The notes under the pieces: model-generated
Database searches by the model: none
What the model was told of the DNA's origin: nothing
What the model saw: only the letters and a program-made list of their open reading frames with translations
Part shown: in pieces, positions 7,824 through 15,436 of the stretch
How the letters are laid out: each line of letters starts with the position of its first letter
Numbering within the stretch: position 1 is the first letter of the stretch
Assembly: GCA_963768855.1 (NCBI GenBank)
Contig: CAVYJM010000003.1
Location: 1-26,786 of the forward strand
From: an uncultured Thermoplasmata archaeon
Lineage (GTDB): Archaea > Thermoplasmatota > Thermoplasmata > RBG-16-68-12
DNA: 26,786 nucleotides
Direction of reading: 5' to 3'
Translations under genes and position numbers: made by a program

Positions 7824-8396
7824 ATGCGGACCACCGCTGTGGAATTGCGGAAGGTGCTGCTGCCGGAGGGCCTCGCCGAGGCCGAGCTCGCATCGAAGCC
7901 CTCGTCCGCCGTGATGGTCCTCCTGCGGCCTGCGGGCGACGGCCTCGAGGTCCTCCTCGGCCGCCGCATCCGGCGCTCCGGCGATCCGTGGTCCGGCCAG
8001 GTCTCCTTCCCCGGGGGCCACCACCACCGCGACGACGGATCCCTCCTCGAGACCGCCCTGCGGGAGACCCGGGAGGAGGTGAACCTAGACCTCCGCGGGA
8101 GCGCCGAGATCCTCGGACACCTTGCGCCCCGCTCTCCTGGCAACGTCCCTGAAATGCTCGTCGTCCCCTTCGTCGCCTTCGCACATGGTCCGCTCCGACC
8201 CCAGCCCGGGCCGGAGATGAAAGAGACGTTCTGGGCCCCCCTCGCCGAGCTTCCCGCCTCCTGGGGCCAGACGGTCGTGTCGACCCGGGTCGGGGAGCTC
8301 AAGGTGCCCGCGTTCCTGTGGAAGGACCGGATCGTGTGGGGGCTGACCTACCGCATCCTCGAGGAGCTCCTCGTCCTGGTCGGGATCAGCCGCTGA
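7824..8396 (+). CDS. Nudix hydrolase, CoA pyrophosphatase (PCD1/NudL-like) subfamily
   Basis: WSGQVSFPGG followed by the Nudix box GGHHHRDDGSLLETALRETREEV; C-terminal VWGLTYRIL. TATA-like CCTAAG at 7793-7798. Confidence 0.9.
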   Translation: MRTTAVELRKVLLPEGLAEAELASKPSSAVMVLLRPAGDGLEVLLGRRIRRSGDPWSGQVSFPGGHHHRDDGSLLETALRETREEVNLDLRGSAEILGHLAPRSPGNVPEMLVVPFVAFAHGPLRPQPGPEMKETFWAPLAELPASWGQTVVSTRVGELKVPAFLWKDRIVWGLTYRILEELLVLVGISR

Positions 8397-8417
8397 CGCC
8401 CGCTGCCGGAGGGCGCA

Positions 8418-8975
8418 CTACGCGGGCCCCTTCGGGCGACGCTCCGCGGGGTCGCGGATGCCGCCCCGCGAGTCCAGCTGCCGCAGGATGCGCTCGAACT
8501 CCTCGACCGGCACGGGCGCGTTCTCGATGTCGCCCGGCAGCCGAAGCTCGTTCGGTCGGGGTCCGGCGAGGCTCTTCTGCGCGGACTGGCGCGCCTCGTC
8601 GATCGCCTTGCGCAGCATGACCGCGGCGAGGATTTCCTTCTCCGTGGGTCGCGGGGTGAGCCCGGTCCGGGCGTGCCGCGCGACCGCGCCGGACGACGCC
8701 GGGTCCAGGGCGCGGCCGCATTCCTCGCAGACGACCACCTGCGGGCGGGCGCGCGGATAGTAGAGTCCCGCGACGACGAAGATCATGCGGAGGAAAAGAT
8801 AGAGAATGGCCGTGACCAGGAGGAATCCCTCCAGGTTCAGCGACCGTCCAGCGCTGCCCGGCGAGAGGTAGAGCGACCCGTGGATGAAGAAGAGGAAGGC
8901 GCCCACGGCCGCGACAGCTAGGACGGCGAACTCCCTCGCAGTGGTCCGGGCGAACTCGCTTTCGCGCAGCTCCAT
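8418..8975 (-). CDS. Hypothetical membrane protein, 2 TMs, CxxC motif, charged C-terminal tail (185 aa)
   Basis: Two hydrophobic segments, then VVCEECGR...H and an amphipathic EEFERILRQL. Confidence 0.7.
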   Translation of the reverse strand: MELRESEFARTTAREFAVLAVAAVGAFLFFIHGSLYLSPGSAGRSLNLEGFLLVTAILYLFLRMIFVVAGLYYPRARPQVVVCEECGRALDPASSGAVARHARTGLTPRPTEKEILAAVMLRKAIDEARQSAQKSLAGPRPNELRLPGDIENAPVPVEEFERILRQLDSRGGIRDPAERRPKGPA

Positions 8976-9051
8976 GCCTGATCACGTGGGACGGCATCGC
9001 CGCGCCTTGCGGCGAGGTCCCCTCCTCCGCGACTCCGAACCGCTCCTCCCC

Positions 9052-9129
9052 GGATAAATCCTCCTTCCCGCCGCTCCGGCTGGACGGAACCAGTATCAAA
9101 AACGAGAAGGAGGGGGTAGGGTATATCCG
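9052..9129. promoter_or_regulatory. Divergent promoter pair with mirror-image GAAGGAGG...TATCCGG elements
   Basis: Minus strand GAAGGAGG-ATTTATCC (9067-9052); plus strand GAAGGAGG (9106-9113) followed by GTATATCC (9121-9128). Confidence 0.5.
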
Positions 9130-9153
9130 GCCCCAGACAGGGTCGGTGTCCCA

Positions 9154-9900
9154 ATGGTCTCGGAACGAGTCTTTCGACCGCGCACGTTGTCGGCCATCTT
9201 CGGCGTGTACTTCCTCGTGATGGCGATCATCGCATGGTACAGCGGCGAGACCCTGGGCTATCACTACACGGTCGACATCACCCGCTTCACGTTCACGATC
9301 TACCTGGTCGCCGGCGCCGTGTTCCTCATCGGCGTCCTCCTCGCGGCAGTCCTCGGCGCACGCTCCCTCGACGCTCGCATCGAGAAGCTCGAGCGGACGG
9401 CGGAGCCCGATGGTGAGGTCGTCGAGGAGGTCGTCCTCGAAGAGGAGGCGACCGACGCCGTCCCTCCCCCGCTCGAGGAGACGGCGGGCCCGAGCGGCGA
9501 CCACGTGGATCGCGACATCGACGAGCTGCTCGTGAGCCTCCAGGAGATGGAGCAGGACGCCGGGACCTCGGACGCGGACGAGGAGGTCGTGACGCCGTCC
9601 CGCGAGGAGCTGCCGGCGTCGCGGGCAACCCGTTCGAGCCCCGTGGCCCCGTCCTCCGATTCCAGACGCCTCGCGATGCTGAGGAAGAAGCGCAACGGCC
9701 TCATCGGATACGTCGTGGGACCCGCGCTCGCCTCGATCGGAGCGATAGGCATCAGCGCGGCGATGCTGCCTGGCTCCGACGCGTTCCTCCAGACGTACTA
9801 CCAGCTCAACACCTCCCTCCTCCTCGGGCTGGGCTACAGCTTCGTCGGGGTGGCCGCCTACGTCGCGGCGTCCCTCCTGACGCTCCTCCGCTCGAAATAG
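9154..9900 (+). CDS. Hypothetical 4-TM membrane protein with a long acidic low-complexity loop (248 aa)
   Basis: 2 TMs, a ~110-aa Glu/Asp/Pro-rich loop, 2 TMs. TATA-like box about 30 nt upstream. Confidence 0.75.
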   Translation: MVSERVFRPRTLSAIFGVYFLVMAIIAWYSGETLGYHYTVDITRFTFTIYLVAGAVFLIGVLLAAVLGARSLDARIEKLERTAEPDGEVVEEVVLEEEATDAVPPPLEETAGPSGDHVDRDIDELLVSLQEMEQDAGTSDADEEVVTPSREELPASRATRSSPVAPSSDSRRLAMLRKKRNGLIGYVVGPALASIGAIGISAAMLPGSDAFLQTYYQLNTSLLLGLGYSFVGVAAYVAASLLTLLRSK

Positions 9901-9977
9901 GCGGATTGGAGCCCGTTTCTATGGAGGAAAGACCCAATATGGCGCCCCGTTATCGAGGTCAAGGCCTGCGCACGGTA

Positions 9978-9988
9978 CCTTTATATCC
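9978..9988 (+). promoter_or_regulatory. TATA box CCTTTATATCC
   Basis: Best match to the archaeal TTTATA consensus in the window. Its position favours the ATG at 10025 over 10001. Confidence 0.6.
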
Positions 9989-10024
9989 TCGGAGCGTCCA
10001 ATGCCCATTCTCAAGGGAAACGCC

Positions 10025-10258
10025 ATGATCACCACCGTCGTGACTGTTACATCGACCTTCCTCGCGGGCTCGTTCGGAGCCGCCGCGGTAGTGTCTCTGA
10101 TTCTCCTGTTGATCATGCGCGAGCTCTCCAGCGCACACGCGGAAGAGTCCGGGAACCTGAAGTCCAAGATCCTCTCCCACACGCTCCTGGTCCCGATCTC
10201 GCCGCTGCTCGTCGTCTTCGCCTTCATCGTCGCGGTGAAGGTGCTCGAAGTCCTCTGA
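10025..10258 (+). CDS. Small 2-helix membrane protein with a Thr-rich N-terminus (77 aa)
   Basis: MITTVVTVTSTF, TM1 (LAGSFGAAAVVSLILLLIM), charged loop starting RELS, TM2 (LLVPISPLLVVFAFIVAV). Confidence 0.75.
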   Translation: MITTVVTVTSTFLAGSFGAAAVVSLILLLIMRELSSAHAEESGNLKSKILSHTLLVPISPLLVVFAFIVAVKVLEVL

Positions 10259-10302
10259 AGGCCGAGCCCCGTTTCGGTCTGTCCATTCCTCGCGCGGGAG
10301 CC

Positions 10303-11172
10303 CTAGGGCCCGATGGGCGGAAGGACCGCCGCGAGCAGGAAGGGCGCGATGAGGTACAGGATCACGTTGCCGAGGGTGTGGCTCATGATTGCCCCCCAGA
10401 GGCTCTTCGTCTTCACGACGACGACGGCGTAGAGTAGGCCGACGAGGAAGACGAAGGTCAGGTCGAACGCGTTGCGGAAGAAGATGTGCATCGCGGAGAA
10501 CACGAGCGTGACGAACAGGACGCCGACCTTGTTCCCCAGGACCGCCATCGCGCGTCGCAGCATGATCCCACGGAAGATGAGCTCCTCTGCGAGCCCCGTC
10601 GCGAAGAAGATCACGGCGCCGCCGAACAGCACCTCCGTGATCGTCTCGCCCGTGATCCAGGCCTGTTCGCGCAGGATCGTGTACTCGACGAAGCCGAGCG
10701 GGATGCCCGTGAGCCCGATCAGGACCTGGACCCAGAGCTCCTTCCACGACCGGATTGCGAGGCCCAGGAGCCACGGGCTGAGTTGCTGGACGTAGGCCAC
10801 CGCCGCGGCGGCCGTCAGGAGCGGGATGCCAACGACCGCGAGCCAGGGCAGCGTGGCGGTCGGCGCCGTGCCCCAGAAGCGGGGCATGGACAGGGAGAAG
10901 ATCCGGATGAGCGGCGCGAGGCTCAGGGCCATCAGGAAAACGGAGAGCTCGACGTCCCGGTCCTGGATCGTCACGGCATGGAACAGGAGGGCAAACACCA
11001 GGAGGATGTGCAGGGTGAGCCCGTACTGCTGGAAGGGGAAGACCGTCGGATTCGACGGGTCCTGGATGGCGATCAGGGCCTCTGCGAGGATCAGGACGCT
11101 GAGGTAGATCGCCCCGATGGCCCACCGCGGGAGGCGGAAGGTCCGGGCGGCGTGGGCGGTTTCCGTCGCCAT
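10303..11172 (-). CDS. CPBP family (Abi/Rce1-like) glutamic intramembrane protease (289 aa)
   Basis: All three family motifs: AEELIFRG (EExxxR), FSAMH (FxxxH), HTLGN (HxxxN). Multi-TM; SD-like GAGGGGTG upstream. Confidence 0.92.
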   Translation of the reverse strand: MATETAHAARTFRLPRWAIGAIYLSVLILAEALIAIQDPSNPTVFPFQQYGLTLHILLVFALLFHAVTIQDRDVELSVFLMALSLAPLIRIFSLSMPRFWGTAPTATLPWLAVVGIPLLTAAAAVAYVQQLSPWLLGLAIRSWKELWVQVLIGLTGIPLGFVEYTILREQAWITGETITEVLFGGAVIFFATGLAEELIFRGIMLRRAMAVLGNKVGVLFVTLVFSAMHIFFRNAFDLTFVFLVGLLYAVVVVKTKSLWGAIMSHTLGNVILYLIAPFLLAAVLPPIGP

Positions 11173-11183
11173 CCCGCACCCCC

Positions 11184-12542
11184 TCACAGCTCGATCGGCG
11201 TCGGCTCGAGCGGTTCGAGCGGCTCCGTCTCGAACGACTTCCGCGCGACGAACCAGTAGTAGGGCGTCTGTGCGACAGTCGCGATGACGTAGGCGATCGA
11301 GAGACCGGTGATGCCGCTCGTCGTCAGGAGGCTGTAGCCGAGGCCCAGCATGACCGCGGAGGAGATTGCGGCTCCCACGATGAGCGGCAGGGTGCGGCGG
11401 CGCACGCGGACCCGCGTCGCGAGCAGGTTGTTGGCGACCGCAGGGATCGAGGCGAGTGTCAGGATCCGGAGAGGCTCCGTCGCCGCGTCGGCGTACGAGG
11501 TCGTCGCGCCCCCGAAGAGCTCGAGGACCAAGTGGGCGAAGATCCAGAACACGATGATCGCCGGTGTGAGGAGCGCCAGCGTCAGCAGGAGGGCGCGCCG
11601 CTCGTCCCGGTGGCGGTCCGCGCTCCGGTAGCTGGCCTCCGCGTAGAACGAGGTGAACGCGGCACCCGAGATGACCGTCAGCAGGCCGGCGACCGCGCTC
11701 GCCACGTAGAAGTACGCCGCGTTGTCCGGGCCCGCCGGACCCAGTGCGTTCAGGATGAGCAGGGGGAGGAGGGCGGTCCCCGCCCCCCCGACGATGCTGG
11801 CCGCATAATTGCCGTTGCTGAAGCGCATCATCGGACGCAGCCGGGCGAAGTGGGCGCGGAGGCGCGGGCGGTAGCCCTCCAGAATCCGCGGGAGGAGCCA
11901 GAGGCCCTCGAGGAGCACGCTCGCGGCCATCGCCGCCACGAGGGCGAGAAACACACCGAAGCGCCCGACGCCCAGGGAAACGCTGAGCGTCAGGGCGATG
12001 GCGACCGCGATCGGGATCTTCATGATGCCCAGGGCCACGGTCCGCCACATGGGGATGTCGGACCGGCGGAGCGCGACCGCCGCGTTGTCCAGGATGGGGC
12101 CGAGGGCGCACGCGAGGCATCCGATGACGATCAGGATGGGGTAGGCGGGGTTCTCCAGCACGAAGGAGAGGTCCAGCCCGACCAGGGCGATCACCAGGAG
12201 GAACCCGAGGCTCAGGAGGATGGATGCCGCGCCGACGAGGGTGAGGGAAGTGTTCACCAGGTCGTTCTTGTCCTCCGCCTCGGGGAGGTAGCGGATGATC
12301 GCGATGTTCTGCCCGAGCAGGCTGAGGGAGGCGACGAAGCTCACCGTCGAGAACAAGGCGACGGCGAACCCGATGTCGCTGCGCTGATAGACGCGTGTGA
12401 CGACGGCCCAGAAGAAGAACCCGAGGCCCTGCCCGACGACGCTGTTGGCCATGAGGAAGATCGCGTTGCGGTACAGGGACGTCTTCGCCTCGCCCCAGAG
12501 CCTTCCGATCGTTCGCTTCGTCCCGCCGAGGCTGTCTCCCAC
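11184..12542 (-). CDS. Wzx/RfbX-like oligosaccharide flippase (MOP superfamily), 452 aa
   Basis: About 12 TMs. N-terminus LYRNAIFLMANSVVGQGLGFFFW; LGQNIAIIRYLP; FSNGNY; FYVASAVAGLL patterns typical of polysaccharide-biosynthesis flippases. Confidence 0.85.
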   Translation of the reverse strand: MGDSLGGTKRTIGRLWGEAKTSLYRNAIFLMANSVVGQGLGFFFWAVVTRVYQRSDIGFAVALFSTVSFVASLSLLGQNIAIIRYLPEAEDKNDLVNTSLTLVGAASILLSLGFLLVIALVGLDLSFVLENPAYPILIVIGCLACALGPILDNAAVALRRSDIPMWRTVALGIMKIPIAVAIALTLSVSLGVGRFGVFLALVAAMAASVLLEGLWLLPRILEGYRPRLRAHFARLRPMMRFSNGNYAASIVGGAGTALLPLLILNALGPAGPDNAAYFYVASAVAGLLTVISGAAFTSFYAEASYRSADRHRDERRALLLTLALLTPAIIVFWIFAHLVLELFGGATTSYADAATEPLRILTLASIPAVANNLLATRVRVRRRTLPLIVGAAISSAVMLGLGYSLLTTSGITGLSIAYVIATVAQTPYYWFVARKSFETEPLEPLEPTPIEL

Positions 12543-12590
12543 ACGTCACGCGTCCTGGGGCCTGCTTCTGCGAAGAAAATTACCTCTGAG

Positions 12591-12603
12591 GGATAAAGCC
12601 TTC
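12591..12603 (-). promoter_or_regulatory. BRE-TATA element GAAGGCTTTATCC
   Basis: 12/13 identical to GAAGGCTTAATCC at 20397-20409. Confidence 0.55.
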
Positions 12604-12631
12604 GTCCTCCCTATCTTTCCGAAACCAGACG

Positions 12632-12647
12632 CCGCCCGGCCGGGCGG
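12632..12647. repeat. Perfect 16-bp palindrome CCGCCCGGCCGGGCGG; possible terminator
   Basis: Begins 4 nt after the stop of the minus-strand ATPase gene; same arms as 2413-2424. Confidence 0.5.
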
Positions 12648-12651
12648 ATCG

Positions 12652-13317
12652 TCACTTCTTCGGCTCGAGGCGGCCGTCCGCGAGGAGGTACTCCGAGGTC
12701 GCCATGGACCGCACCTCGCTATCGTGCGCGGCCACGACCACGGCAGCGCCGAAGCCGGTCCGCGCAAGGCGGAACGCCTCGAGGACCGCTGCCGTCCCCT
12801 TCGAGTCGAGGGAGGCGGTCGGCTCGTCCGCCAGGAGCACCTTGGGTCCGTTGGCAAGGGCGCGGGCGACAGCGACGCGCTGCGATTCCCCCACGGAGAC
12901 TTCCCCCGGTTTGCGCGATGCGAGTTTTGTCAACGCGAACGCCTCGAGGAGTTCGTCGACTCGCGACTCGGAGCGCCGCTTCGCGAGGCGCAGCGGGAGG
13001 GCGATGTTGTCTGCGATCGTCAGATCTTCGATGAGGTGATGGGTCTGGAAGACGAAACCGATTTCCAGGAGGCGCACCCGTGCGAGTGCGGTCTCCTTGA
13101 GCCCGGTGATCTCCCGGCCGCCGAGATCCACGCGCCCCCGCGTCGGCGCATCGAGCCCGCCGAGGATCGAGAGGAGCGTCGTCTTGCCACTCCCGTTCTC
13201 GCCCCATACGAGCACGGTCTGCCCCGGGTCGACGGTGATTTCGGCACCCCTCAGGACATCCGTGCGCCCGTCGAAGGACTTCCAGAGGTCGAGCGCGCGG
13301 AGCGCGGGTTCCGCCAT
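12652..13317 (-). CDS. LolD/MacB-type ABC ATP-binding protein, orphan at this position (221 aa; alternative start at 13329)
   Basis: Walker A GENGSGKT, Q-loop IGFVFQ, degenerate signature VSVGE followed by QRVAVARAL, Walker B LADEPT, H-loop AHD. Confidence 0.9.
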   Translation of the reverse strand: MAEPALRALDLWKSFDGRTDVLRGAEITVDPGQTVLVWGENGSGKTTLLSILGGLDAPTRGRVDLGGREITGLKETALARVRLLEIGFVFQTHHLIEDLTIADNIALPLRLAKRRSESRVDELLEAFALTKLASRKPGEVSVGESQRVAVARALANGPKVLLADEPTASLDSKGTAAVLEAFRLARTGFGAAVVVAAHDSEVRSMATSEYLLADGRLEPKK

Positions 13318-13340
13318 CGCACCGAGCATGCGACCCCTTC

Positions 13341-13425
13341 ATGAAAAACGTTCGCGCGCCGTTCGCGCGGGCGCGCGGCCGCGCCCGCGGGTGCATCGCG
13401 GCTTCCTCGTTGACGAAAGTTTCAA
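13341..13425. promoter_or_regulatory. Divergent promoter region with a direct repeat and a GC dyad
   Basis: GAACGTTTTTCAT (minus, 13353-13341), GAAAGTTTCAAG (plus, ~13414-13425), GTTCGCGCG twice (13350, 13361), stem CGCGGGCGCG/CGCGCCCGCG (13366-13389). Confidence 0.45.
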
Positions 13426-13468
13426 GTGGCGAACCCTGCATCGAGGCCGCGTCGGAAGGGATTGTGCA

Positions 13469-15376
13469 ATGCGCACTCAGCGAGCAACAGGCAAGGTAGC
13501 GATTGCGTTGGTTCTGGTCCTGGCGATGCTGGGCATCTCCCTGGTCGCCACCGCACCGGTGGCCCGGGCGGACCATGACACCATCGCGTGGAGTGGTCCA
13601 ACTACCGTCGCGTCGTCTGCGAACTTCGCTTACTCCAATTCATGGATTGTCGCGGACGGCCACGGCTCCATCTACGTGTTCTACGCGGCGACCAACACCT
13701 TGGCGTCGACAACCAACGTCAACGTCACGAAGTATGCTGCCGTCGGCCTGGGGGGCAATCCCCAGAAGCTGTTCGACAAGCAGGTGAACGATGTTTCGAA
13801 CGTCGTCACCAGCAATTACCCGATCTCCGCAGTGATCGACTCGAGCGGGAACCTGTATGTGGCGTGGACCCGCAACCCGGTCTCCGGGAACAACCAGGTG
13901 TACGTCAGCAAATCTGCGAACGGCGGGGTGACCTGGCAGGCGGCCAAGGAAGCCAGCTCCTCGACCAGCGGCACCAGCAACTTCTGGGGGAACATCGTGG
14001 CCGCGCCGGACGGGACCGTCTACGTCTCCTGGCTCTCGGAGTCGGGCAGCGCGGAGGCCGTAACCGTGGCCAAGAGCACGGACGGTGGATCGACGTTCTC
14101 CGCCGGGACCAACGCGACCACCGCTCTCTCCGTCGGTATCAACTCGATTGCCGTCGACTCCGCAGGACGGGTGTATGTGGCCGACAGCTTCACTCCTTCG
14201 GGCTCTTCGACTTCCGTCGTGGATGTAACGTGGTCGGACAACGGCGTGACATGGTCCCCGCACCAGAAGGTCTCGAACCCGACGTCGTCCACGCTCTTCC
14301 CGGCGCTCTTCGTAGACTCCGGGGGTCTAGTCCATCTGGCCTGGTACAACGTGGTGCCGAGCGGCTATGCAATTGACTATGTTCAGAGCCGGGACCGCGG
14401 GGCCACCTGGTCCGAACCCCTGGCGATCACGCCGGGCTTCACCGGCGGTTACATTGGATACATGGCGGGCGAAGGCGACACCTTGATGTTCGTCCGGGGC
14501 GACTTTGACGTGACGGGCTTCGGTTTCACCTTGAGCGCGGACCACGGAGTCACCTGGTACCCAGACGCGACCCTGAACACCGGGGCCACGAGCCTGTCCG
14601 CGGTCGCCGCTGACCAGAACGGAACCTTCTGGGCCACGTCTCTGGACGCGAGCGCCCACCTGACCCTCCGGCCCTGGTACGGACCTCCGTCCCGGCCCGT
14701 GATCGACAGCGTAGTCGCGAGCGGCTCGAACGGCCTCACGATCACCTGGACGCCCTCGCCGGAGCAGAACGTAGTGGACTACCGGATCTGGCGCAGCGCG
14801 GATGGCACGAACTACCAGGCCGTCGGCCTGGTCGGCGGGAGCGTCACGAGCTTCACGGACTCCGGCCTCGCGAACGGCACGTACTACTACATCGTGACGG
14901 CCATCAACATCTATGGAACCCCGAGCCACGCTTCCACGGGAGCCAGCGGGACCGTCGGAACGACGACCGCGCAGCTAATCGCGGACCTGCAGAGCCAGAT
15001 CAACGCCCTCGAGAACGAGCTCTCCCAGGCCAACGCGAGCACCGCGGCCGCGATTGCGGCGGCCCAGGCTCAGATCACGTCCCTGCAGAATCAGCTGACG
15101 AGCCTGCAGAACTCCCAGACCTCGGCCAACGCGGCGACTGCGGCGCAGCTGGCCCAGCTCCAGGCGAATCTCACGAGGCTGCAGGACCAGCTGAACACCC
15201 TCCAGGGACAGCAGGCGACGCAGACGATCTCCTATGCGAACCTGGCGTTCGAGATCATCGTGGTCGTCCTGCTCGTCGTGCTCCTCCTGAACCAGATGCG
15301 CAAGCCGAAGAGCCCGCAGATGATGATGGCGCAACCAGGTCACGCGGAGCCGAAGAAGCCGGAAGACGACCTCTAG
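13469..15376 (+). CDS. Membrane-anchored surface protein: signal peptide, Asp-box (BNR) beta-propeller, FN3, coiled coil, C-terminal TM (635 aa)
   Basis: Signal peptide ending VARA. Asp-boxes SANGGVTW, STDGGSTF, SDNGVTW, SRDRGATW, SADHGVTW. FN3 pattern ITWTPS...YRIWR...FTDSGL...YYYIVTA. Ala/Gln/Leu heptads, then TM AFEIIVVVLLVVLLL and MRKPK. Confidence 0.88.
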   Translation: MRTQRATGKVAIALVLVLAMLGISLVATAPVARADHDTIAWSGPTTVASSANFAYSNSWIVADGHGSIYVFYAATNTLASTTNVNVTKYAAVGLGGNPQKLFDKQVNDVSNVVTSNYPISAVIDSSGNLYVAWTRNPVSGNNQVYVSKSANGGVTWQAAKEASSSTSGTSNFWGNIVAAPDGTVYVSWLSESGSAEAVTVAKSTDGGSTFSAGTNATTALSVGINSIAVDSAGRVYVADSFTPSGSSTSVVDVTWSDNGVTWSPHQKVSNPTSSTLFPALFVDSGGLVHLAWYNVVPSGYAIDYVQSRDRGATWSEPLAITPGFTGGYIGYMAGEGDTLMFVRGDFDVTGFGFTLSADHGVTWYPDATLNTGATSLSAVAADQNGTFWATSLDASAHLTLRPWYGPPSRPVIDSVVASGSNGLTITWTPSPEQNVVDYRIWRSADGTNYQAVGLVGGSVTSFTDSGLANGTYYYIVTAINIYGTPSHASTGASGTVGTTTAQLIADLQSQINALENELSQANASTAAAIAAAQAQITSLQNQLTSLQNSQTSANAATAAQLAQLQANLTRLQDQLNTLQGQQATQTISYANLAFEIIVVVLLVVLLLNQMRKPKSPQMMMAQPGHAEPKKPEDDL

Positions 15377-15386
15377 GCGCAAGAAC

Positions 15387-15424
15387 GGAGGGCCGAGGAG
15401 GCCCTCCTCTTTCCCAATTTTCCG
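15387..15424 (+). terminator. Hairpin plus pyrimidine tract between convergent genes
   Basis: GGAGGGCC-gagga-GGCCCTCC (15387-15407) followed by TCTTTCCCAATTTT. Confidence 0.55.
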
Positions 15425-15436
15425 AGTCCCGCTGGC

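Noticed and set aside
7859-8414. 13-bp direct repeat GCTGCCGGAGGGC (7859-7871, 8402-8414) around most of the Nudix gene
   Set aside because: One copy is inside the CDS and there is no transposase or integrase. A rough estimate gives tens of chance 13-mer matches in 27 kb at this GC content.
9921-10028. Possible uORF (ATG at 9921 or 9939, GGAGG at 9923) whose TGA overlaps the ATG of the small membrane protein
   Set aside because: Many codons end in A/T, unlike real genes here, and the ORF spans the TATA box at 9980-9985, so the downstream mRNA probably starts inside it. Ribosome profiling would settle it.
7226-11172. CPBP/Rce1-like protease processing the Ras-like GTPase, as in eukaryotic CAAX maturation
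   Set aside because: The GTPase ends IWGTQF with no C-terminal Cys, so there is no CAAX substrate.
13469-14680. Catalytic sialidase
   Set aside because: Asp-boxes alone do not imply catalysis; no RIP/FRIP motif or recognisable Arg triad.
15347-15376. C-terminal KKPEDDL as a KDEL/KKxx-like retrieval signal
   Set aside because: It is not a consensus match, lies on the cytoplasmic side of a type I anchor, and there is no evidence for a receptor.
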